NCBI GenBank assembly: GCA_964640155.1
Contig: CAZXEQ010000014.1
Span: 1-5,158 of the forward strand
DNA length: 5,158 bases
Direction of reading: 5' to 3'
Source of the DNA: an uncultured bacterium
GTDB lineage: Bacteria; Auribacterota; JACPWU01
A model generated the notes under the pieces. It was not told the origin of the DNA. It searched no databases and saw nothing but the letters and a program-made list of their open reading frames with translations. This document shows, in pieces, positions 1 to 5,158 of the stretch. Numbering within the stretch: position 1 is the stretch's first letter; each line of letters begins with the position of its first letter. The translations under genes and the position numbers were made by a program.

Positions 1-62
1 TTGTCGCAAAAATCAGTTCCAATTTTAATAAATATTTGAGATTGTCTAATTAATACAAGTCA

Positions 63-533
63 ATGTCGCAGAAAGGAATATTTTATATGCCAAATATGAG
101 CAATAAAACTTTTGAAGAACAAGAAAAAGAATTAAAACAAAAAGAAGAAGCCTTAGAGGGATTACGTCCAAGACAGAAAGCCTTTGTAAGAGAGCTATCA
201 AAACATAATTCAATTTCTGGAGCTGCAAGGGCAGCGGGATATGCCAATAAGACAGCAAATATAACTATATATCGTCAGATCAAATCTCCAAAGCTTCAAA
301 AGGCTATTGCCTTATATCACCAAATTGGAGACTTAGGATTGGCTGAGTTAGGTAGCGCGACTATTGCAGATCTTCTAACTTCCTCAAAAACCAAAGATGA
401 AATTCGTGCAAATGCAAGTCGATTGGCTTTTCAAGTTACAGGTAAGCTCAAGAACTTTAATGTTAATACTTCAACAAATCTAAATTTTGATGTTACAGAT
501 GAAATTATGAAGTTGTTGTCTGCTGATGACTAG
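63..533 (+). CDS. terS: Terminase small subunit-like HTH protein (Terminase_2-type pattern)
   Basis: 156-aa ORF. The segment RPRQKAFVRELSKHNSISGAARAAGYANKTANITIYRQIKSPKLQKAI fits the N-terminal HTH signature I know from Terminase_2-type small terminases (..kQ..Fv.eY....n...AA..AGYs.ktA......l....v..aI). The later SRLAFQVTGKL resembles the family's ..kAlEllgK.. segment. The start is uncertain. ATG 63 has no SD. In-frame ATG 87 is preceded by AAGGA (73-77, 9-nt spacer), and ATG 96 is also possible. Recognition is from memory of the family pattern, not a database search. Confidence 0.65.
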   Translation: MSQKGIFYMPNMSNKTFEEQEKELKQKEEALEGLRPRQKAFVRELSKHNSISGAARAAGYANKTANITIYRQIKSPKLQKAIALYHQIGDLGLAELGSATIADLLTSSKTKDEIRANASRLAFQVTGKLKNFNVNTSTNLNFDVTDEIMKLLSADD

Positions 534-535
534 TA

Positions 536-556
536 GGGGGTATAGGGGTAGCCCCC
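536..556 (+). terminator. Possible weak stem-loop or terminator immediately after the terS-like stop
   Basis: GGGGG (536-540) or GGGG (545-548) can pair with CCCCC (552-556). This is the only G/C-rich island in an AT-rich spacer. There is no canonical downstream U-tract (aagatactttgcttt follows), so terminator function is doubtful. Confidence 0.25.
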
Positions 557-701
557 AAGATACTTTGCTTTAAAGAATGTTTTAGGCTGATTTGAGACAC
601 GTGAGAATTTTTTGAAAAATAATTGAATTTTAATTCTGTTGTTTTTTTATTATTTCATGTCTTAAATCGCCTTCACTAATAAAATAGGTTAACAAGATGA
701 T

Positions 702-1583
702 ATGAAAGAGACCGAGATTATTCGTACTATTGTTCTTTTCCTTTATCAGAGTAAAAATAACTATGAAGACAAAAATATCAAACTTTTTAGCTCTAGTTTT
801 AGTCTATTGAAAGACAAGAAAGATTTTAAAGAAAACATTCAATTTCTAAGAAAATTTTATGGTGTATCTCCCTCGAGTTTTAACAAGGATCTTAATAAGT
901 TAAGAAATCTCACTAAGAAAATAAGAAAGACAGAGCGTCAAAAGGGAGAACAGCTCAAAAATAATAATCTAGATCCTTCATCGAAGGAGTTTCACGAAAA
1001 GTGGTTACATGTTCTTGAGAAAGATAGCCAATATCAAAAATTTAAAACACAAGAACAACCGATTTGGGAGAGAGTAAAATCTACTGTAATTAAGATGCCT
1101 GATGAAAAGATACTGGACTTGATTCGTAGATTTGGTTTATGGGGAGGATCGTTAGCTCTACGTTTTTATATTCTTACTAATGCTTTTTTACCAGCGTTAA
1201 TAAAAAAGGATAGAGTGAGAGCCCATTTAGGTTCTAATGATTTAGGAGAGCCAGAGGTGATTATTCATTTATCGCCATCTGTATCTAAAGAAGAGTTTAC
1301 GGATTTCTGGAAAGTAGTAAAAACTCTACAGAAGGATCTTCAAGGCGGAGAACTTAAACATAAACGTCTATCTCGCATCCCTGCACTTGATAGCTTCTTG
1401 ATTAAACACAAAAATTTAAAACCTAAATATATAATAATGCTACCCGAGTTTGAAAATATAGAGGAAAGATATAAAACAGAAGCCAAAAAAATAGATAGAA
1501 ACAAAAAATTTGACAAAAAAGATCCTTTTTCTATACAAGCGATTACAAAAAGACGTTCCAGATTAAAAAGAAAACTTTCATAA
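702..1583 (+). CDS. Hypothetical protein, 293 aa, Lys-rich, strongly basic C-terminal tail; no family recognised
   Basis: This is a long uninterrupted ORF on the same strand as its neighbours. Its composition is Lys/Glu/Asn-rich and it ends in KRRSRLKRKLS. No P-loop or catalytic motif is recognisable. A weak HTH-like stretch (NIQFLRKFYGVSPSSFNKDLNKLRNL) is only suggestive. There is no clear SD before ATG 702 (upstream aggttaacaagatgat). The next in-frame Met is about 130 codons downstream, so 702 is the likely start. Confidence 0.6.
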   Translation: MKETEIIRTIVLFLYQSKNNYEDKNIKLFSSSFSLLKDKKDFKENIQFLRKFYGVSPSSFNKDLNKLRNLTKKIRKTERQKGEQLKNNNLDPSSKEFHEKWLHVLEKDSQYQKFKTQEQPIWERVKSTVIKMPDEKILDLIRRFGLWGGSLALRFYILTNAFLPALIKKDRVRAHLGSNDLGEPEVIIHLSPSVSKEEFTDFWKVVKTLQKDLQGGELKHKRLSRIPALDSFLIKHKNLKPKYIIMLPEFENIEERYKTEAKKIDRNKKFDKKDPFSIQAITKRRSRLKRKLS

Positions 1584-1653
1584 AAATTCTTCTCTAGTAT
1601 TTCTTCTAACGGCACTCCTCAACTTCGTATTTGTGACATAAAACAATCTGCTT

Positions 1654-1664
1654 TCATGTCATGA
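1654..1664. promoter_or_regulatory. 11-bp palindrome TCATG-T-CATGA, a candidate operator upstream of the DUF5659-like gene
   Basis: Seen in the 121-bp spacer between ORF2 and ORF3. A TGACAT half-site is also present at 1634-1639, inverted relative to ATGTCA at 1656-1661. A related copy lies at 1986-1995. Confidence 0.25.
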
Positions 1665-1704
1665 AACCTATCTAGTGAAATGCAATACTCAAGTTAGATT
1701 TTAA

Positions 1705-1971
1705 ATGATGCTGAAAAATAAAGGGCTAGATATGAAAACAAATGAACTTTCAGATTTTACAACCGCAGATATCCAAGTAGCTGCATATTTGAAATCCAGT
1801 AATCTGGCTTTGACTGCAGTCCAAAAAGATGTCTCTGGACGGAGTAGATTCATTTTTAAGGACAAAACCAATTGTGAAGAGAAACTTGTTGATTATGCGA
1901 ATAATGCAAAAGTGCCAGTCAGAACATTGCTTTCAAATTTAAGAGATCTAAAAGGTTTAACACTTTCTTAA
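1705..1971 (+). CDS. Small DUF5659-like protein (phage/mobile-element protein of unknown function)
   Basis: 88-aa ORF. FTTADIQVAAYLKSSNLALTAVQKDVSGRSRFIFKDKTNCEEKLVDYANNAKVPVRTLLSNLRDLKGL matches the pattern I recall for DUF5659 (t.Dl.lAAyL..kg......r...gr..FvFed..e....i..y.n....V.a..f.nalr.LK.l). A better-supported start may be ATG 1732, which has AAGGG at 1721-1725 and a 6-nt spacer. That start gives 79 aa, whereas ATG 1705/1708 have no SD. Confidence 0.6.
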   Translation: MMLKNKGLDMKTNELSDFTTADIQVAAYLKSSNLALTAVQKDVSGRSRFIFKDKTNCEEKLVDYANNAKVPVRTLLSNLRDLKGLTLS

Positions 1972-1985
1972 TAATAAACTCAAAT

Positions 1986-1995
1986 ATGACATGAA
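1986..1995. promoter_or_regulatory. Second copy of the motif: ATGACATGAA, the reverse complement of TTCATGTCAT at 1653-1662, abutting the replicase SD
   Basis: This is a 10-bp exact inverted match to 1653-1662. Its last two bases overlap the replicase SD (AAGGAGA, 1994-2000). Confidence 0.2.
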
Positions 1996-2000
1996 GGAGA
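1994..2000 (+). promoter_or_regulatory. Shine-Dalgarno site of the replicase gene (AAGGAGA)
   Basis: It is complementary to the canonical anti-SD sequence and has a 7-nt spacer to ATG 2008. Confidence 0.6.
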
Positions 2001-2007
2001 ATATGAG

Positions 2008-4239
2008 ATGAATGCATCAATGGATGACATTAACATGCTTGAAGAAGCATTAAGTTATGTTAAACGCGGTTATAAAATCTTCCCACTACATACCCCCAAT
2101 ACTGAAGGCCTATGTTCTTGCGGTAACCTAAAATGTGAAAATATAGGGAAGCATCCAAGATATGAAAGCGGAACTCTAGAACATGGTTTAAAAGATGCAA
2201 CATCTGACGAAAGTAAAATTCGACATTGGTGGAGGAAATGGCCTGATGCAAATATAGGATTATTAACAGGTGAGATTGATAATTTAGTTGTATTAGATAT
2301 TGATAATGAAGAAGGATATGAGGCTCTTGCAAAACTTATTCAAGCCCACGGTCAAATTCAATCGACCTATAAAGTTAAAACTACAAGGGGAGAACATCGG
2401 TATTTTGCCCATCCTTTAAACGGAACAAAGATAAAAAGTATTTCAGCCTTAGGAGGATTCAAAGGACTAGATGTTAGAGCTGACGGAGGATATGTTGTTG
2501 CGGCGAATTCTCTTAGACGTGATGGAAAACGATATTCTTCAACACAATCTCTTCTAAAGGATAATCTTGCTGCAATCCCTGAGTGGTTACTTGGATTAAT
2601 GCAATCTAGTCATACAACTTTATCTGGTTTTAATAAATCTTTAGATTGTACTCTATCTGATAGCAAGAAAAATGTCCCTGTAGCAGAAATTTTAGAAGGG
2701 GTTAAGGAGGGAGAAAGAGATAATTCTATTTTTCGTTTGGCTTGTAAGCTTAGACGTGCGGATATCCCAAAAGAAATCGCGATCAAATTAGTTTTAGATG
2801 CTGCCTCTAAATGCACGCCGCCTTTTCCAATAGACCAAACGATAAAAAAAGTTGAAACCGTGTATACCCGTTATCCCGCAGGAACTTATTCTTCCTCGCT
2901 TTTGACTGAGAATTATGGAGATTTGTCGTTTCGGTCGTTTATGTCGTTGGATTCACTTCATGATTTTACTATTACGGATAATTGGCCAAAACCGATTCCT
3001 GAAGAGGGATATTATGGAGTTGTAGGTGAAATAGTTCGATTAATTGAACCGCATACAGAATCTGATGTTTCGGCATTGATGCTTCAATTACTGATAGCTT
3101 TTGGAAATGTTTTAGGAAGACATGCGTACTTTTTAGTTGAATCAACTCGACATTATACAAATTTGTACGGTGCATTAGTAGGTCAGACAGCAAAAGGAAG
3201 AAAAGGAACAGCTTGGGCACATGTAAAAAGAATTATCACCGAAGTAGATGCATTCTGGGCGCAAGAACGTGTTCTGGGAGGATTATCAAGCGGGGAAGGG
3301 TTAATACATTTTCTTCGTGATGTGAATTTAGGTGAGTCATCTACATCTGATAGTTCCGTTGAGTTAAATAATCTTGATCGTAGAATGTTAGTTGTAGAAT
3401 CCGAATTTGGCGGTACATTACAAATTCTACAAAGAGATAAAAATTCCTTAAGTGCAATACTAAGGCAAGGTTGGGATTATGGTGATTTAAGAGTTTTAAC
3501 GAAAAATTCCCCTTTAAAAGCTACAGGCGCACATCTTTCATGTATTTTCCACATCACTAAAGCAGATCTAACAAAGTATTTTACAAACACTGATGCTGCA
3601 AATGGTTTTGGAAACAGAATTCTATGGGTGCTTGTTCGTCGTTCCAAGTGCTTGCCTGAAGGGGGAGATGTTACATCAATAGATTTTTCAGTGATTATTA
3701 AAAAACTTCATAAAGCTATAGAGTTTGCAAACAACCCTTCTAGGATAGCATTCGATAAAAACGCTAAAGCAATTTGGTATAGCGTGTATCCAGAACTTTC
3801 AAAAGGTGCTCCTGGTTTATTCGGCTCCGTGACCTCAAGAGCCGAAGCTCAGGTTATTCGACTTGCCTTGCTATATGCTCTTTTAGATACCTCTCCTTTA
3901 ATCAGCAAAGAACACCTTTTAGCTGCTTTGGCCATTTGGGAATACTGCGAAGCTTCATCACGGTGTATTTTTGGAAGCTCAATCGGGGACTCTATTGCAG
4001 ACAAAATATTAGGTGCCCTGAAAGATAGTGAAGCTGGAATGACTAGGACTGACATACGAGATCTTTTTAAGAACAATAAAAACTCTTTAGAGATTGATAG
4101 AGCTCTTCATTTTTTATTAGAAGCAGATTTGGTTTTTTTTAAATTGGATGATTTTTCGAACGGAAGACCTGCAGAAAGATGGTTTACAAAAAAACAATCT
4201 ACGACTGAAACGACCGAAACGACAGAAGGACAACATTAA
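2008..4239 (+). CDS. Multidomain replicase: bifunctional primase-polymerase (PrimPol) N-domain + PriCT-like + DUF3987-like helicase-related region + C-terminal winged-helix-like domain
   Basis: Strong SD AAGGAGA (1994-2000) lies 7 nt before ATG 2008. (a) PrimPol, aa ~12-195 (nt ~2041-2592): YKIFPL, GKHP, DATSDESKIRHWW, the acidic metal motif VVLDIDN (D97/D99, nt 2296-2304), GEHRYF, and GLDVRADGGYVVAANS. (b) PriCT-like, aa ~225-288 (nt ~2680-2871): GERDNSIFRLACKLRRADIPKEIAIKLVLDAA. (c) DUF3987-like, aa ~324-625 (nt ~2977-3882): NWPKPIPEE...YGVVGEIVRLIEPHTESDVSALMLQLLIAFGNVLGR...NLYGALVGQTAKGRKGTAW...LVVESEFG. (d) wHTH-like tail, aa ~676-725: GMTRTDIRDLF...IDRALHFLLEADLVFF...NGRPAERW. The protein ends in a (TTE)x3 tail. 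Confidence 0.9.
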   Translation: MNASMDDINMLEEALSYVKRGYKIFPLHTPNTEGLCSCGNLKCENIGKHPRYESGTLEHGLKDATSDESKIRHWWRKWPDANIGLLTGEIDNLVVLDIDNEEGYEALAKLIQAHGQIQSTYKVKTTRGEHRYFAHPLNGTKIKSISALGGFKGLDVRADGGYVVAANSLRRDGKRYSSTQSLLKDNLAAIPEWLLGLMQSSHTTLSGFNKSLDCTLSDSKKNVPVAEILEGVKEGERDNSIFRLACKLRRADIPKEIAIKLVLDAASKCTPPFPIDQTIKKVETVYTRYPAGTYSSSLLTENYGDLSFRSFMSLDSLHDFTITDNWPKPIPEEGYYGVVGEIVRLIEPHTESDVSALMLQLLIAFGNVLGRHAYFLVESTRHYTNLYGALVGQTAKGRKGTAWAHVKRIITEVDAFWAQERVLGGLSSGEGLIHFLRDVNLGESSTSDSSVELNNLDRRMLVVESEFGGTLQILQRDKNSLSAILRQGWDYGDLRVLTKNSPLKATGAHLSCIFHITKADLTKYFTNTDAANGFGNRILWVLVRRSKCLPEGGDVTSIDFSVIIKKLHKAIEFANNPSRIAFDKNAKAIWYSVYPELSKGAPGLFGSVTSRAEAQVIRLALLYALLDTSPLISKEHLLAALAIWEYCEASSRCIFGSSIGDSIADKILGALKDSEAGMTRTDIRDLFKNNKNSLEIDRALHFLLEADLVFFKLDDFSNGRPAERWFTKKQSTTETTETTEGQH
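2924..2950 (+). repeat. Three tandem 9-bp units TGTCGTTTC / GGTCGTTTA / TGTCGTTGG (GTCGTT core at 2925, 2934, 2943)
   Basis: Read directly from the sequence. It is in frame and encodes LSFRSFMSL (aa 306-314), in the linker between the PriCT-like and DUF3987-like regions. Positions 2924-2940 are the exact reverse complement of 4208-4224. Confidence 0.85.
4201..4227 (+). repeat. Three tandem 9-bp units ACGACTGAA / ACGACCGAA / ACGACAGAA, the inverted partner of the 2924-2950 array
   Basis: Read directly from the sequence. It encodes TTETTETTE (aa 732-740), and the units differ only at one synonymous third position. Positions 4208-4224 (AAACGACCGAAACGACA) are the reverse complement of 2924-2940 (TGTCGTTTCGGTCGTTT). 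An AT-rich spacer (4240-4264) follows the stop codon. Confidence 0.85.
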
Positions 4240-4272
4240 GCTTAACTAACATAAAAATATTAAAGAGGGAAA

Positions 4273-4473
4273 ATGGGCCGCTATCTTAACATTGCACATG
4301 AAGTGTTGGCAAAGATGACAAAAAATGAAAACGATGAACAGAAAGTAGTTAGTAGAGAAGAACAAATGATAAACGATCCTTTAGTTAAATATGCATTAGA
4401 TCTATTTCAGGGCGAAATAATCTCGATAGAATCCAAAGATACAGCTCTCAATTCCAAGGAGTTTCAAAAATAG
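4273..4473 (+). CDS. Hypothetical small protein (66 aa)
   Basis: SD-like AGAGGG (4264-4269) lies just upstream of ATG 4273. The ORF exactly fills the gap between the replicase and the methylase, and its TAG stop overlaps the methylase GTG start (TAGTG, 4471-4475). No family is recognised. Confidence 0.5.
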   Translation: MGRYLNIAHEVLAKMTKNENDEQKVVSREEQMINDPLVKYALDLFQGEIISIESKDTALNSKEFQK

Positions 4474-5132
4474 TGATCACCCAATCTGAAAATGGTATTA
4501 ACCAACCACTGGAAGAAATAAGCACTACTGAAACGAGTTTTCCAGAGGGCAGATACGAAATCATCGTCATCGATCCACCTTGGCCTTACGGTACTTTTTA
4601 TGATCCAGTGGGGAGAAAGGTGGCTAGTCCTTATCCTGAAATGAGCTTGCAAGCAATTGAAGATATTCTTGATCCAACGCTAATAGCAGATGACTGCATC
4701 CTATGGCTTTGGTCCACACATAAATTTCTGTTCGATGCGAAGCAAATCTTAGATAAATGGGGGTTTAAATATAAGAGCCTCCTAATTTGGAATAAGGGAA
4801 AAATGGGGATGGGCTACTGGTTTAGGATGCAATGCGAATTCTGTTTTTTGGGGATTAAAGGTAAACCTGTTTGGGGTATTACTAACCTAAGAGATATTAT
4901 AGAAGAGCCGAGAAGAGAACACTCCCGTAAACCAGAAGGCTTCTACAAGATGATAGATAGTTATTTCCCAGGAAGGAAGAAATTAGATTTCTTCTCTAGA
5001 GAACAAAGACCTGGTTGGGACCAGTATGGAAACGAAACAACAAAGTTCAAGAATCACCTAGCCTTTCAGGGCAAAGGAGGTATAGAAATCAGCTGGAAGT
5101 CGCAGGAAAAACAAGATGCTATTTCTGCTTGA
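4473..5132 (+). CDS. MT-A70-family N6-adenine DNA methyltransferase (orphan within the window)
   Basis: Catalytic motif IV, DPPW, sits in IIVIDPPWPYG (D34-W37, nt 4572-4583). The typical MT-A70 C-terminal block is present: EHSRKPEGFYKMIDSYFPGRKKLDFFSREQRPGWDQYGNE (consensus as I recall it: HSrKP...y..ie......rlELFaR....gWd.wGne). The only in-frame start upstream of DPPW is GTG 4473. AAGGAG at 4456-4461 lies 11 nt upstream. Confidence 0.9.
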   Translation: MITQSENGINQPLEEISTTETSFPEGRYEIIVIDPPWPYGTFYDPVGRKVASPYPEMSLQAIEDILDPTLIADDCILWLWSTHKFLFDAKQILDKWGFKYKSLLIWNKGKMGMGYWFRMQCEFCFLGIKGKPVWGITNLRDIIEEPRREHSRKPEGFYKMIDSYFPGRKKLDFFSREQRPGWDQYGNETTKFKNHLAFQGKGGIEISWKSQEKQDAISA

Positions 5133-5158
5133 GTAGGGCTTGAAGAGTCCAGATCACA

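Noticed and set aside
2-70. TGTCGCA repeated at 2-8 and 64-70, sharing TGTCG with the replicase-gene repeat units
   Set aside because: A 7-mer occurring twice is within chance. One copy overlaps the ORF1 start codon and the other is cut by the window edge.
46-258. 70-aa minus-strand ORF overlapping the start of the terS-like gene
   Set aside because: It lies antisense to a gene with a recognisable family pattern. Its Leu/Ile/Phe-rich, low-complexity composition is what the antisense of Lys/Glu-rich coding DNA produces. It has no SD and no recognisable motif.
557-701. Sigma70-like promoter elements and A/T palindromes (ATTTTT-TG-AAAAAT at 607-620, GAATT-TT-AATTC at 625-636, TAAAAT at 680-685) upstream of ORF2
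   Set aside because: In DNA this AT-rich, -10/-35-like hexamers and A/T palindromes arise constantly. No candidate had both good hexamers and 16-18 bp spacing. A promoter probably exists in this spacer, but I cannot place it.
1340-1615. 91-aa minus-strand ORF opposite the 3' end of ORF2
   Set aside because: It is a low-complexity Phe/Leu/Ser/Ile-rich translation of the antisense of an A-rich, Lys-coding stretch. It has no ribosome-binding site and no motif. It is most likely a shadow ORF.
2060-4076. Four minus-strand ORFs (2060-2332, 2610-2816, 2972-3220, 3849-4076) inside the replicase gene
   Set aside because: All are short and fully embedded antisense to a 743-aa ORF that has several clear catalytic motifs. 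None has a recognisable motif or a good start context. None is positioned to give a long alternative reading frame if the 2941-4207 segment were inverted.
4133-4143. T8 homopolymer (GTTTTTTTTAAA) near the replicase 3' end as a slippery or phase-variable site
   Set aside because: A -1 slip hits TAA immediately, which would only trim the tail. The +1 frame stays open to about 4246, but I see no stimulatory structure. T8 is short for slipped-strand phase variation. This is pure speculation without population data.
2924-4224. Reading the 17-bp inverted repeats as terminal inverted repeats of an IS/MITE-like insertion (about 1.3 kb)
   Set aside because: The enclosed DNA continues the replicase reading frame without interruption and encodes the DUF3987-like region that commonly accompanies PrimPol domains. 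There is no transposase. I see no flanking direct target duplication.
2924-4227. CRISPR-like or minisatellite interpretation of the 9-bp repeats
   Set aside because: The units are only 9 bp, contiguous with no spacers, just three copies per array, and in frame within a CDS. This is not a CRISPR architecture.
4381-4440. ORF5 C-terminal DPLVKYALDLFQGEIISIE vaguely recalls short C-terminal tails of some replication clamp-loader (DnaX-type) proteins
   Set aside because: The resemblance rests on memory of a very short, low-information pattern and cannot be supported without a profile search. It is not used for annotation.
4464-4652. 62-aa minus-strand ORF across the methylase 5' region
   Set aside because: It lies antisense to the DPPW motif region of a confidently identified methylase. 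There is no supporting signal.
1-5158. Possible GATC avoidance or enrichment related to the adenine methylase
   Set aside because: My by-eye count is 19 GATC sites. That is about what the base composition predicts for 5.2 kb (order of 15-20), so there is no evident bias. The methylase target is unknown anyway.

Overview
This is an AT-rich window (by eye, mid-30s %GC) with six tightly spaced ORFs, all on the + strand. I saw no rRNA, tRNA, CRISPR array, transposase or integrase. The content reads as the replication/early module of a mobile genetic element (phage, phage satellite or phage-plasmid like). In order, the ORFs are: (1) a small-terminase-like HTH protein; (2) a 293-aa lysine-rich orphan; (3) a small DUF5659-like protein; (4) a 743-aa multidomain replicase (PrimPol, PriCT, DUF3987-like region, winged-helix-like tail); (5) a 66-aa ORF; (6) an MT-A70-family N6-adenine DNA methyltransferase whose GTG start overlaps the stop of ORF5. 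All family assignments come from motif recognition by eye, not from searches. The most unusual signal is inside the replicase gene. Two arrays of three 9-bp tandem units (2924-2950 and 4201-4227) are reverse complements of each other, with a perfect 17-bp inverted match (2924-2940 vs 4208-4224). They bracket the DUF3987-like half of the gene, and I propose them as in-gene origin/iteron sites, with inversion or RNA pairing as alternatives. The second notable point is that the TerS-like gene has no large terminase downstream and instead leads into the replication module. That layout is reminiscent of phage satellites.
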